From NCBI GenBank assembly GCA_031416315.1, contig JANOTL010000094.1, positions 32,001 through 96,000 of the forward strand: DNA of 64,000 nt, in the 5' to 3' direction. Below the pieces are notes generated by a model that was not told where the DNA came from, searched no databases, and worked only from the letters and a program-made list of their open reading frames with translations. Origin of the DNA: Pseudomonadota bacterium. Its GTDB lineage: Bacteria > Bdellovibrionota_B > Oligoflexia > Oligoflexales > CAIYRB01. Within the stretch, counting starts at the first letter, position 1. Each line of letters starts with the position of its first letter. Below are positions 26,405 to 36,433 of this stretch, piece by piece. The translations under genes were made by a program, and so were the position numbers.

Positions 26405-26833
26405 TTACTTGTGCAGCGCCGAGACGCTCTCGATGACGAGCGAGTCGGGCGTCGTGATCTGCACGGCGCCGGCGTCGTTGTTGCGGACGTCGAGGTAAAC
26501 TTTGCCCTGCGAGTAGCCGTAGGACAAGCAGACCGGCCCCGAGGCGATCGCCAACTCGAACTGCTGGATCTCCGTGCGCGCGGCGGCGCTGACGTTGTTT
26601 TTGATCAGGCTCACGTAGTCGGCGACGCGCGTGTCGTATTGGATCGTGTAGGAGTCGTCGGCCGTCCAAGCGAGCTCGAGGTCGATCGTGCCAGGGCAGT
26701 TGTGCGCCTCGGCCGTGCGGACGTCGAGGACGAGCAGCTCGGCGCTGGGGGCGAGCTCGATGATGCGGGTTTCCGCGAGGGCGGGGGTGGCGAGGGTGGC
26801 GAGGGCGAGGCTCAGAGTTTGGATCGAGCGCAT
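26405..26833 (-). CDS. Secreted hypothetical protein
   Basis: Signal peptide (PALA), 2 Cys, GC3-rich codons. Confidence 0.7.
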   Translation of the reverse strand: MRSIQTLSLALATLATPALAETRIIELAPSAELLVLDVRTAEAHNCPGTIDLELAWTADDSYTIQYDTRVADYVSLIKNNVSAAARTEIQQFELAIASGPVCLSYGYSQGKVYLDVRNNDAGAVQITTPDSLVIESVSALHK

Positions 26834-26979
26834 GGTTTGGAGGTCTCCAAATGAGTTTGTCTGGCAGCCTTCTTTTACGCGAGGCGCTCTTTCCCGGTAA
26901 GCCTTGGCCAGCCAGTTAGCCGGAAATGGTCGTCCTGACTAAGCCTTTCTGCGACGCGGCTGAGGCGTTCGCCAGCTGA

Positions 26980-27008
26980 GCGTTCTGCGAACACAAATCG
27001 CAGAACGC
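26980..27008. promoter_or_regulatory. 11-bp perfect inverted repeat in divergent intergenic region
   Basis: GCGTTCTGCGA-ACACAAA-TCGCAGAACGC. Confidence 0.55.
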
Positions 27009-27078
27009 ACTCCTCGCCGCTATTCAGCGCCCACGGGCTGCGCTATCTTGCGCCTCCACAACCTGGAGCCCGAACCCC

Positions 27079-27471
27079 ATGAAACTCTCGATCCTCTTCG
27101 CCCTCTCGACCGTTTTCGCCGCAGCCGAGGCCATTGCCGGCACGACCGTCTGCTCGTCGGCGGACCAGCGCGTCTCGACCGCGGCCAGCTTCCCCGACGG
27201 CGGCGCGCCGTTCGAGCCGACCTACCGTATCGCCCTCGACGGCATCACCCTCTTCGAGCGTGACGTCTTCAGCGGCGCCGACGTCCAGGACGCGGATTAT
27301 GCCGTCACCGACGAGACCGAGATCTCGTTCGAGCCGATGACGAAAGACCAGCCGCAGACGCGCGTGTTCGCCGCGCGCCTCGATTTACAGAGCCGCGCGA
27401 CGGGCGCGACCCTGTTCTCGGATTTCATGCTGTGCAAGACGGTCAGCCGTCCCTGCCCGCTCTGTCCCTGA
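27079..27471 (+). CDS. Secreted hypothetical protein
   Basis: GGAG RBS, signal peptide, C-terminal CPLCP. Confidence 0.7.
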   Translation: MKLSILFALSTVFAAAEAIAGTTVCSSADQRVSTAASFPDGGAPFEPTYRIALDGITLFERDVFSGADVQDADYAVTDETEISFEPMTKDQPQTRVFAARLDLQSRATGATLFSDFMLCKTVSRPCPLCP

Positions 27472-27483
27472 ACGCGCCGCGAC

Positions 27484-28218
27484 TCACGGCGCTACGGACG
27501 GCGCCGGGTTGTTCTGCTTGAGGCATTTGCGCGCCTTGGCGAGGAGCGCCAGGAGCTGCCCCTTGCTCGGCGACAGGCACTTGCCGTCCTTGTCGATGCT
27601 CGACACCCATTTGATGTAGCCCGAAAGCTCTTTGAAGTCGGTCGGGCAGGCGCCAGCGACCTGGATCGCCGTGAGGCTGCCGCGCCAGATGAACGGACCT
27701 TGCCAAGTGGCGATGGCGAACGCCGCATCCGAGTGCCCGTCGTTCATCCAGCCGAAGAGGCTGAAGTCGCCGCCGAAATCTTGCTTAAGCGAAGCGTACT
27801 CAGGGAGCTCCGTCTCCATCAACGCTTTCAGCGTGAGGCTCGCCGTGTACTGACAGGCCATCGCGACCTTGCTCGGCTTCACGCTGCAGGCGGAGTTGGC
27901 GTTCGCGGTTTCGCCGTTGCAAGCCGCGCCGTTCTGATAGGGCGCGTAGAAGTCGTCGCTGGAGAAGGTCATGTACTTGCCGCGGCTCGAATAGAGCCAG
28001 TACTCGTTGCCCGTCGAGTAGTCCCAGTCCGTCGTCGGATTGACGTCGGCCGGGATCTGCGTCACGGCCGGCTTGTTCTCGAGGATGTCGAGACCGACGA
28101 CGGCGGGCGCGTCGGCCAGCACGGTTTCGTCGGCTTTCAAGGTGGTCTTGCCGTCGCCGGTGCGGCAACCGGTGAGCACGAGGATGGCGAGGGTCGCGGC
28201 GGTCGTCGTCTTCAACAT
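27484..28218 (-). CDS. Cys-rich lipoprotein of unknown function
   Basis: GGAG RBS, lipobox LTGC, six further Cys. Confidence 0.75.
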   Translation of the reverse strand: MLKTTTAATLAILVLTGCRTGDGKTTLKADETVLADAPAVVGLDILENKPAVTQIPADVNPTTDWDYSTGNEYWLYSSRGKYMTFSSDDFYAPYQNGAACNGETANANSACSVKPSKVAMACQYTASLTLKALMETELPEYASLKQDFGGDFSLFGWMNDGHSDAAFAIATWQGPFIWRGSLTAIQVAGACPTDFKELSGYIKWVSSIDKDGKCLSPSKGQLLALLAKARKCLKQNNPAPSVAP

Positions 28219-28301
28219 GGGGATCTCTCCGGTGGGGTGCAGAGAGAGGGATCGGCTGCCACCGGCCCATTCTTGAGGGTAAATTTTCGCAGCAAAAACG
28301 C

Positions 28302-29294
28302 TTAGCCGGCGTTCGGCCGCGGCGTTTCGGCGGTCGACGGCGGCAAAGACGGCAAGGTGATCTGCGGCTGCTTGCCCGTCAGCGTCTTCAAGAAGCTGAC
28401 GATGTTTCGGACCTCCGGCGCCTCCAGCTCGATCCCCAGCTGGTGGCGGGCCATGAGCTCGACCGCGCCCTCCAGCGACCACTGCGAGCCGTCGTGAAAG
28501 TAGGGATAGGTGAGGGCGACGTTGCGCAGGGTCGGCACTTTGAAGACGTTGCGGTCGGCCGGATTCTTCGTCACCGCGCTGCGCCCCTCGATTTTCGAGT
28601 CGGTGACGAAGGGCTTGACCAGGCCCAGCTTTTGGAACGAGTTGCCGCCGACGGCCGGGCCATTGTGGCAGCCGGCACAACCGCGGTTCTTGAAGGATTC
28701 GTAGCCGGAGAGCTCGTCCTTGCTCAGCGCCGCGTCGTCGCCGCCGAGCCATCGGTCGAAGCGGGAGCCCGGCGTCACCAAGGTCTCCTCGAAGGCGGCG
28801 ATCGCCTGTTGGACGCGCGGCATCGTGATCTCGCCGCCGCCGAAAGCGGCCACGAACAGCGGCGCATAGCCGGGAATCGAGTGTAGCACCTTCACCGCGA
28901 GGTCGTGGTTCGAGCCCATCTCGCCTGGGTTCGCCACGGGGCCGCCGGCCTGCTCGATCAGATCTTTGGCGCGACCGTCCCAGAACTGCGCCAGATTGTA
29001 CGAGCTGTTGAGCACGGTCGGCGAGTTGATCGGGCCAAGGTTCCACTTGTGACCGATCGACGAGGTCAGGTTGTCGGCCCCGCCCGTCGCGAGGTTGTGG
29101 CAGGAGTTGCAGCTGATGTAACCGGACTTCGATAGGCGCGGGTCGAAGAAGAGGGCTTTTCCGAGCTCGACGGCGGCGGGATTCGGCGCCTTCTTCGCGA
29201 CGATCGCCTGGATCGGCTCGCCGGCGCGCGTGACCGCGACGGCCTGGGTGGTCGGAATCAAGAGCCAAAATAGGACCGTTAGTAGGCTGCGCAT
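28302..29294 (-). CDS. ccp: Diheme cytochrome c peroxidase
   Basis: LFFDPRLS, CNSCH, NSPTVLN, QFWDGRA, CAGCH, FKVPTLRNV, PYFHDGS. Confidence 0.93.
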   Translation of the reverse strand: MRSLLTVLFWLLIPTTQAVAVTRAGEPIQAIVAKKAPNPAAVELGKALFFDPRLSKSGYISCNSCHNLATGGADNLTSSIGHKWNLGPINSPTVLNSSYNLAQFWDGRAKDLIEQAGGPVANPGEMGSNHDLAVKVLHSIPGYAPLFVAAFGGGEITMPRVQQAIAAFEETLVTPGSRFDRWLGGDDAALSKDELSGYESFKNRGCAGCHNGPAVGGNSFQKLGLVKPFVTDSKIEGRSAVTKNPADRNVFKVPTLRNVALTYPYFHDGSQWSLEGAVELMARHQLGIELEAPEVRNIVSFLKTLTGKQPQITLPSLPPSTAETPRPNAG

Positions 29295-29368
29295 GTCATC
29301 TCTCCAACTTGTTGGCGCCATCCTAGGCGAACTCAACGCTTGAAAATAATTCAATCGCGGCATCATAA

Positions 29369-29387
29369 TGATCGATCAAAACGATCA
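29369..29387. promoter_or_regulatory. LysR-type operator
   Basis: TGATCG-N7-CGATCA containing T-N11-A, between divergent ccp and LysR genes. Confidence 0.7.
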
Positions 29388-29399
29388 CGGGTGCGATGC

Positions 29400-30278
29400 A
29401 TGAGTTTTCGCGATCATCTCGAGAAAGTCCGCTACTTCCGCGCCGTTTGCGACGCCGGCAGTTTTCGGAAGGCCGCGGAGCAGCTGCACTTGTCGCAGTC
29501 GAGTCTCACCGTCGCGATCAAGAAGCTCGAAGGCAGCGTCGGGGAGCGCTTGCTGATCCGCACGAAGAAGGGGACGCGCCCGACCGCCGCGGGCGACATG
29601 GTGCTCGCGTTCGCCAGAGACCTCGGCTTTCGCGTCGAAGATCTCGAGGCTCGGCTCCGCGCCCCCGATGGCACGGCCGCGGCGGGCCGCCTAAGGGTCG
29701 GCGCTTACGACAGCATCGCTGTCTACTGGTTGCCCCGCGTTTTACGCCATCTCCGGCGGGTGCTGCCCAACGTCAGCCTGTCGGTGTCGATCGGCTCGAG
29801 CGGCGTCTTGACCGACCGCGTCCGCGCGGGGGACCTCGACCTCGCGGTCGCCGTGGCGCCGACGGCGAGCGGGCCCTTGCGCATCGACGAGCTCTTCAAG
29901 GATCGTTTCAGCATCTTCGGGACGCGGCAGGTGGGCCGCGACCTCGTGCACCTGATCGGCAACTTCGCGGCGCGCGTCGCGCCGGGCCAGAGCCTTAGCG
30001 ACGTCTTGCACGAGCGAGGGATCGCGACCGCCGAAGGGCTGGAGGTCGAAAGCTTCGAAATCGCCAAGTCGCTGGCGTTGGAGAGCGTCGGACCTGCTGT
30101 TTTACCGCATCGCGTCGCAGAGTTCGGGCCCGCGGCCAAGCGCCTCGTGCGGGTCGGCGGGACGCCCCATTCCTTTGGCGTGCACAGCATCTGCCTGGTC
30201 ACGCTCGACGAGCTGCACGAGCGCAATCGGCTCGTGCGGCGCGTCACTCAGGAGATGAGGGCGGTGCGGCAGGCGTGA
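29400..30278 (+). CDS. LysR-family transcriptional regulator
   Basis: GSFRKAAEQLHLSQSSLTVAIKKLE HTH, GRLRVG, GDLDLAV. Confidence 0.92.
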   Translation: MSFRDHLEKVRYFRAVCDAGSFRKAAEQLHLSQSSLTVAIKKLEGSVGERLLIRTKKGTRPTAAGDMVLAFARDLGFRVEDLEARLRAPDGTAAAGRLRVGAYDSIAVYWLPRVLRHLRRVLPNVSLSVSIGSSGVLTDRVRAGDLDLAVAVAPTASGPLRIDELFKDRFSIFGTRQVGRDLVHLIGNFAARVAPGQSLSDVLHERGIATAEGLEVESFEIAKSLALESVGPAVLPHRVAEFGPAAKRLVRVGGTPHSFGVHSICLVTLDELHERNRLVRRVTQEMRAVRQA

Positions 30279-30421
30279 TCGCCGTCCGCAGCCGCATCCT
30301 CCGCAACGCTCGACTGATTTCGCCGCGTTTTGCGAATGGGCCAAGCGCGCCGGCATCCGTCTTCTCAGGATCTTTTCACACTCTGCATTCTCCCGTCATT
30401 TTGTCCCGGCATCCTCGAAGC

Positions 30422-31117
30422 ATGTTTCTCGCCGACCTACACGTGCACACGAACTGGAGCGACGGCACCCTCTCGCTCCGCGAGGTCGTCGACTTGTACG
30501 GCGAGCGCGGCTTCGGCGCCATCGCCGTCACCGACCATCTCTGCGAGGAGAAGACGTTCCTCGGGCGCGCCGCGCGCCTCCTCGGACGCACGCTGACCCG
30601 CTCGACGCTGCCCGCGTACTATAAGGAGCTCCGGGAAGAGGCAGCGCGGGCCTTCGACCAATACGGAATGATCTTGCTCCCGGGCCTGGAGCTGACGAAG
30701 AACTCCCTGAGCGCCAAAGACTCGGCGCATATCCTTGCGATCGGCCGCGAGACCGCGACTCCCGCCGATCTCGATGTCGCTGACGCGGCTCGCCTCATCC
30801 GCGCAGAGGGCGCGCTCGCCATCGCCGCGCATCCCGTGCACACCCGCCGCGTCGAGCCGCAAACGTATGCGATCTGGAGCCGGCGTCACGAGCTCGCGAC
30901 GGCGTTCGATGCATGGGAGGTGGCGAGCGGGCCGTACTTCTTCGATGAAGTCGCGGCATCGCGCCTGCCGAAGATCGCTTCCAGCGATCTGCACCATCGT
31001 CGGCAGATCACGTCTTGGAAGACGGAGCTCGACTGCGAGCTTCATCCCGAGGCGATCTTGGACGCGGTGCGGCGGCAGGAGGTGCGGTTTCGGTTCTATT
31101 CGGCCGAAGTCGCCTGA
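30422..31117 (+). CDS. PHP-domain metal-dependent phosphoesterase
   Basis: DLHVHT.WSDG, VTDH, GLE, AAHP, SSDLH. Confidence 0.88.
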   Translation: MFLADLHVHTNWSDGTLSLREVVDLYGERGFGAIAVTDHLCEEKTFLGRAARLLGRTLTRSTLPAYYKELREEAARAFDQYGMILLPGLELTKNSLSAKDSAHILAIGRETATPADLDVADAARLIRAEGALAIAAHPVHTRRVEPQTYAIWSRRHELATAFDAWEVASGPYFFDEVAASRLPKIASSDLHHRRQITSWKTELDCELHPEAILDAVRRQEVRFRFYSAEVA

Positions 31118-31131
31118 AACGCTTCCCGTGA

Positions 31132-32166
31132 TCAGGGCGTCAGCTCTTGGGACAAGGTCGTGAACGCGCCGTTCGCTTTCAGCTTGGCGAGCAAGGCTTC
31201 GACGGTCGCCTGAGCCGCGGGGGCGACGGTGTCGGTCGCCTCGCCGGCGCCGGCGTTGTTCTGCACTTCCGACTCGTCTTTCAGCTCACCGATGACGCCG
31301 ACCGCTTGCGCCATCGCCAAGAAAAGGCAGGGCGTGATGCGGGTCGGATTCGTCTCGGACGGCGCCGCCGGAAGCTTTCCGTACTTGCTAGCGGCGATGG
31401 AAGACGTCGGCAACGCGGCGAAATCGGGGCTCGGACAGGCGGAGTCGAGCGGCGCCAGCAGCACGAGGCCGTTGAGAACGCGCGCCTCGATCAAAAACCA
31501 ACGCAGGCGTCGGCGCAGCTCGTGAATGCCTTTGCCTTCTTCCAGGTGGGAAAGGTCCCACGCGGTGGTCTCGAGCTCGTCGAGCTCTTCGCGCAGCACG
31601 GCGAAGCGATCGGCCTTGTCGGCTTCATAGTCCTTCCAGGGGAACGCGGTGAGCTTGGCGAGCACGTCGTCGAGGAAAGGCGTGCCGCCGTCGGTCGGAT
31701 AGTAGCGGCCGTCGACGAGCAGCGTCTCGAGCTCGGTCCTCGCCTCGTCGCGCTTCTTCTTCAGCTTCGTGATGGCGGCGGCGGCGGCGTTCTGTTGCTC
31801 GGCCTTCGCGAGGATCGACGTCCACTTGTCGACGCTGCCGATTTTGTCCTCGAGGTCTTTGAAGCTCTTCCGCCAGGCGGCGAACATCGGGTCGTCGTTG
31901 GCGTAGAGTCGGCCGAGCGCCTGCAAGTTGAAGGCGGCGATCCGATTGTCGCCCTTGACGAGGTCCTTAGCGGCCTTCGCCGCCGTGGCATTCTCGGCGA
32001 TCGTCTTGCTCAAGACGCGCAGCCAAACCTGGAAGCGCTCGATTTGCGGTGCGGGGGTCGAAGCCGCGATGCTGCCTTCTTTCACCTCGGCGACGCTGGG
32101 CGAGGTCGTGCGGCAGCCGGACGACGCGAATGCGAGGGCAAAACCGGCAAAAAGAAATGACTTCAT
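31132..32166 (-). CDS. Lipoprotein with CHAD-like helical domain
   Basis: GGAGG RBS, lipobox SSGC; FKDLEDKIG and IHELRRRLRW...IGELKD CHAD-like motifs. Confidence 0.65.
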   Translation of the reverse strand: MKSFLFAGFALAFASSGCRTTSPSVAEVKEGSIAASTPAPQIERFQVWLRVLSKTIAENATAAKAAKDLVKGDNRIAAFNLQALGRLYANDDPMFAAWRKSFKDLEDKIGSVDKWTSILAKAEQQNAAAAAITKLKKKRDEARTELETLLVDGRYYPTDGGTPFLDDVLAKLTAFPWKDYEADKADRFAVLREELDELETTAWDLSHLEEGKGIHELRRRLRWFLIEARVLNGLVLLAPLDSACPSPDFAALPTSSIAASKYGKLPAAPSETNPTRITPCLFLAMAQAVGVIGELKDESEVQNNAGAGEATDTVAPAAQATVEALLAKLKANGAFTTLSQELTP

Positions 32167-32752
32167 GAGGGCCTCCGGGCTTTCACCGGGGATCGGCGCG
32201 GGCCCAGGCTTGGTGCAGATAGAATTTGCAAGTGCCTGAATTTGCGGGAAAGCCCAGTGCTTTTGCGCGGGGGCAACGACGAGGTGCCCGGGGCCGAAGT
32301 CGGAGTAGCTGTCCAAGCGGTCATAGTAGAGGCGGCGTGAGTTACCGAAACAGCTCATGTAGTAGAAGCCGGTCGCGAGCTCGTACGCCGCTTGCGCGCT
32401 GCCGGGCGAAATCATGCGCGTAGAGAAAGTTGATGCCCTTGAGCTATCACCCGAAATGCTTTCGGGACAGGCACGTTCGTCAGATATCGGAGTTCGCGAC
32501 GCACCTCGAGCGGTGAGGAGGCAACCGCGTCGACGGAGCGAAAGGCTCGCGTTACCGAAGTGAACGTCGCACAGGTGAGTTTCCTCGGCCGCGGCGCGCG
32601 CGAGAAAGTGCATCTGGAGTCAACGGCGCACCTTCGCATCTGCGAGATGCTAACACGCGGACAAGGCAGCAGGACGGGCGCTTTCAGGCTAAAATACTAA
32701 TATCGCTAATTTATCCCAGGATTTCATTGGACCTCGCCCGACGATTTGGGGC

Positions 32753-35700
32753 ATGATCTTTGCGTCTGTTCCTCTGCGTCAGCCGGAGAGCATCACGAAC
32801 GAAAATTCCGAAAATCCGAGCCCTCAGCCATCCGATCCCTATAGCGACGGTCGGAAGCTGCGCGACATCCTCGATACCGCGTACGACGCCTTCGTCGCGA
32901 TCGACGCCGCGTCGGTGGTCACCGACTGGAACCGCCAGGCGGAGGCCACCTTCGGTTGGACGCGCGCGGAAGCGCTCGGTCGGCCGCTGGCGGCGCTGAT
33001 CCTGCCGGCGCGCTTTCGGGCGGCGCACGAGAGCGGCATTGCCCATTTCTTCGCGACCGGCGTTGGTCCGGTCCTCGGCCGCAGGATCGAGCTCCCGGCC
33101 GTGCACAAGTCGGGCGTCGAGATTCCGATCGAGCTCACGGTCTCCGCGATCAAGCGCGAGGACGGCACCACGTTCGCTGCCTTCCTCCACGACATCTCCG
33201 ACCGCAGGCGCGCCGAGCGCAACATGGCGGTGCAGCTCGGCGTCACCCGCATCACCGCCGAGCTCTCGTCCGTCGAGGTCGCACTCGAGCGCACGCTCCA
33301 TCTACTTTGCAGGGATCTGGGCTGGGCCTTCGGCGCGATCTGGACGGTCGAAGGAGACACGTTGCACTGCGTTCAGGCCTGGCACGACGGCAGTGAAGAG
33401 CTTCTTGCCTTCGAAAAGACGTCGCGGAGCGCGCGATTCGGCAAGGGCGGCACGCTTCCCGGTCGCGTGTGGGCATCGGGTGCGCCGTCTTGGATCGCGG
33501 CCTTCCAGGACGACACGAGCTTGCCGCGCGCAAGTGCCGCGGCCTCGGCGGGCCTTTTCAGTGCCGCAGCCTTCCCGATCTGGAATTCGGACGAGTTCGT
33601 CGGTGTCATCGAGCTGTTTTCGGCGCAGGTGGAAGAGCCGGACGAGGCCCTCCTCGCGATGATGGCCGACGTCGGGGCTCGCCTCGGCATGTTCGTCCAC
33701 CGAAGTAAGGCGGAGGCCCAAGTTCGCCTCACGGACGAGCGCGAGCGTCTCTTGGCCGAAATGGAGTTTCGCACGGTCTTCGACCTGACCGCGACCGGCG
33801 CCGCACAGATCGAAGCGCATTCGCGCCGCTTTCTCCGCGTCAACCCGAAATTCTGCGAGATGCTCGGCTATGCCGCGAGCGAGCTGACCGGCCTTTCGCT
33901 CGTCGACGTGACGCATGCCGACGACCGCGCGGAGGTCGGGCGCTCCCTGCGCGACCTCGTCGAGGGCCGCTGCCAGAATCTGACGCAAGAGCATCGCTTC
34001 TTGCGCAAGGACGGTACGTCGGGCTGGGCGATCCTGTCGGCGACCATGGTGCGCGACGCCGCGCGCGGGGCCCACCGCGTGATCACGATCCATCAGGACG
34101 TCACCGAGCGCCGCCTCGGGGAGGAAAGGCAACGTTTTTTGGCCGAGGCCGCGAGCGTCCTCGGCTCCCTCGACTACCAAACGAACCTCACCAACCTGAC
34201 GCATTTAGTCGTGCCGGGGCTCGCCGACTGGTGCGCCATCGACGTCGTCGACGAGACCGGCAAGCTGAAGCGACTCGCGATCGCCCATGTGGATCCCGCC
34301 AAGGTCCATTGGGCACGCGAGCTGCACGAGCGCTACCCGGCACATCAGGATGCAACGTTCGGCCTTCCTCAGGTCATCCGCACGGGGCGCCCGGAGCTCT
34401 ATGCGGAGATCTCCGACGAGCTGCTGCAAGCCTCAGCGGTCGACGCCGAGCACCTGGAAATCATGCGCGCCATCGGCCTGCGCTCCGGCATGATCGTTCC
34501 TTTGGCATTTCGCGACCGCGTCCTGGGCGCGCTGTCCATGGTCAGCGACGAATCGGGCCGCCGCTTCACTCCGAGCGATCTCGAGTTCGCGATTGAGCTC
34601 GGCCGCCGCGCCGGCATGGCGATCGAGAACGCGCGCCTCTATCGCGAGTCCGTCGCGACGAACCGGATGAAGGACGAGTTCCTCGCCACTTTGTCACACG
34701 AGCTGCGCACGCCGCTGAACAGCATCGTCGGTTGGACCGAGCTCATCCGGAACAAGGAGATCGAGCCCGAAGAGGTCGACGAGGCGATCGAGGTCATCTT
34801 CCGCAACGCCCACTCGCAGGTGCAACTGATCACCGATCTGCTCGACGTCTCCCGCATCATCACGGGGAAGCTCCACATCGACCCGGTTTCGGTCGATGTT
34901 TGGACGGTCGTGACCGAGGCGGTCAGCTCGGTCAAGCTCGCCGCCAAGGCGAAAGGGCTCACGTTGGTGCAAGACGGCGAAGCCTTCGCTCTCACGATCG
35001 AGGGCGATCGAGACCGCCTGCGGCAGGTCGTGTGGAACCTCCTGACCAACGCGATCCGCTTCACGCCGAGAGGCGGCGTCGTCACGGTGCGGGCGCGAAG
35101 GCTCGACGCCCAGGTCGAGATCGCCGTCATCGACGACGGCGAAGGCATCGACCCGGGCTTCCTGCCGCACGTCTTCGAGCGCTTTCGGCAGGAAGACAGC
35201 TCAGTGACGCGGCGCCACGGGGGCCTAGGTCTCGGGCTCGCGATCGTCCGCCACATCGTGGAGCTGCACGGGGGCACGGTCGCGGCTGCCAGCGCTGGCC
35301 ATGGCAAGGGCGCCTCCTTCGTCGTGACGCTGCCGCATTGGTGCACGCCTCTGGCGGAGCCGCCCCCGCTGGCGCCGACCGCCAAGCACCTCGCTCCCGC
35401 CGCGATCGAGGCGTTCACTGGGCTTCAGATCTTGGTCGTCGACGACGACCGCGATTCCCGGCTCATGCTCCGCCGCATTCTGCAGAATCAGGGCGCGAGC
35501 GTCCTAGAGGCCGCGAGCGCAGAGGCCGCCTTGGAGCTCCTCCATGCCCACCACTTCGACCTCATGGTCAGCGACATCGGCATGCCCGACATGGACGGCT
35601 ACGAGCTGATCCGCCGGATCCGCGCCGATCCTAGCCCAGCCGTGGCCCAGGTCGCGGCAATCGCCTTGACGGCGTACGCGCGGGACGAGGAGCGGCGCGC

Positions 35701-35800
35701 GGCCTTACGCGCGGGCTTCCAGGAGCACGTCCCGAAGCCTTTGAAGTCCGAGGTCTTGATCGAAAAGATCCGCGCCCTCGCCGCCGCGGCGCGGCGCTGA
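32753..35800 (+). CDS. Hybrid sensor kinase PAS-GAF-PAS-GAF-HisKA-HATPase-REC
   Basis: SHELRTPL, NAIRFT, GGLGLGL, SDIGMP; two PAS and two GAF segments. Confidence 0.93.
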   Translation: MIFASVPLRQPESITNENSENPSPQPSDPYSDGRKLRDILDTAYDAFVAIDAASVVTDWNRQAEATFGWTRAEALGRPLAALILPARFRAAHESGIAHFFATGVGPVLGRRIELPAVHKSGVEIPIELTVSAIKREDGTTFAAFLHDISDRRRAERNMAVQLGVTRITAELSSVEVALERTLHLLCRDLGWAFGAIWTVEGDTLHCVQAWHDGSEELLAFEKTSRSARFGKGGTLPGRVWASGAPSWIAAFQDDTSLPRASAAASAGLFSAAAFPIWNSDEFVGVIELFSAQVEEPDEALLAMMADVGARLGMFVHRSKAEAQVRLTDERERLLAEMEFRTVFDLTATGAAQIEAHSRRFLRVNPKFCEMLGYAASELTGLSLVDVTHADDRAEVGRSLRDLVEGRCQNLTQEHRFLRKDGTSGWAILSATMVRDAARGAHRVITIHQDVTERRLGEERQRFLAEAASVLGSLDYQTNLTNLTHLVVPGLADWCAIDVVDETGKLKRLAIAHVDPAKVHWARELHERYPAHQDATFGLPQVIRTGRPELYAEISDELLQASAVDAEHLEIMRAIGLRSGMIVPLAFRDRVLGALSMVSDESGRRFTPSDLEFAIELGRRAGMAIENARLYRESVATNRMKDEFLATLSHELRTPLNSIVGWTELIRNKEIEPEEVDEAIEVIFRNAHSQVQLITDLLDVSRIITGKLHIDPVSVDVWTVVTEAVSSVKLAAKAKGLTLVQDGEAFALTIEGDRDRLRQVVWNLLTNAIRFTPRGGVVTVRARRLDAQVEIAVIDDGEGIDPGFLPHVFERFRQEDSSVTRRHGGLGLGLAIVRHIVELHGGTVAAASAGHGKGASFVVTLPHWCTPLAEPPPLAPTAKHLAPAAIEAFTGLQILVVDDDRDSRLMLRRILQNQGASVLEAASAEAALELLHAHHFDLMVSDIGMPDMDGYELIRRIRADPSPAVAQVAAIALTAYARDEERRAALRAGFQEHVPKPLKSEVLIEKIRALAAAARR

Positions 35801-35875
35801 CGCCGATCCGAGAAATCGGGGTCTCAAAAAGGCAACATCGGCCCGGCGAAAAGCGAATGATCTCGCGACGGAGGC

Positions 35876-35892
35876 TTGGTCTCGCACTTGCA
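35876..35892 (+). promoter_or_regulatory. Sigma-54 promoter of hemerythrin gene
   Basis: TTGGTCTCGCACTTGCA, GG-N10-GC. Confidence 0.65.
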
Positions 35893-35962
35893 ATTGCGTT
35901 CTCGGGCCGAGCCTCGGCCGGTCCTGACGCGGCGCCGAAGGAGGCGCCGAAAGAGGCATTTC

Positions 35963-36433
35963 ATGATCGCCGACGACGAAATCCTGCCGCACGACGCCAT
36001 AGCCTTCCTGAAAGCTAGGCATCGTGACGTCGCTGATCTTTTCGAAGATCTGACGAAAGGGGGCGCGGTCCCGACCCTGGGCTCCAAGCGCGCGAGCCTC
36101 AAGCTCATCGCGCAGCGGCTCGAGCATCACGCCCAAATCGAAGAGACCCTCGTCTACCCGGAGACGCAGCCGATCGACCCAAGCCGCACCACGGAGGCAC
36201 GCGAGGAGCACGCCGTCGTTCGCGTCCTGGTCGAGGAGCTCAAGGCGACCGATCCGAGCGACGCGCGCTTCATGGACCGGATGATCGTCCTGCAGGAATT
36301 CGTCGAGCATCACGTCGATCAGGAAGAGCGCAATTACTTCCCGAAGATCAGGAAGCGCCTCGACCCGGCGCGCATGCAGAACTTAGGGAAACAACTCGCG
36401 GCATCGTTCGCGGTCTTATCAGGAGGAGTTTGA
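35963..36433 (+). CDS. Hemerythrin (HHE) domain protein
   Basis: H, HAQIEETLVYP, EEH, HHVDQEE..FP. Confidence 0.88.
   Translation: MIADDEILPHDAIAFLKARHRDVADLFEDLTKGGAVPTLGSKRASLKLIAQRLEHHAQIEETLVYPETQPIDPSRTTEAREEHAVVRVLVEELKATDPSDARFMDRMIVLQEFVEHHVDQEERNYFPKIRKRLDPARMQNLGKQLAASFAVLSGGV

Noticed and set aside
32167..32613. In-frame upstream extension of the CHAD-like lipoprotein ORF (AYELATGFYYMSCFG...)
   Set aside because: RBS and lipoprotein signal fix the start at 32166; the extension may be a gene remnant but I cannot assign it
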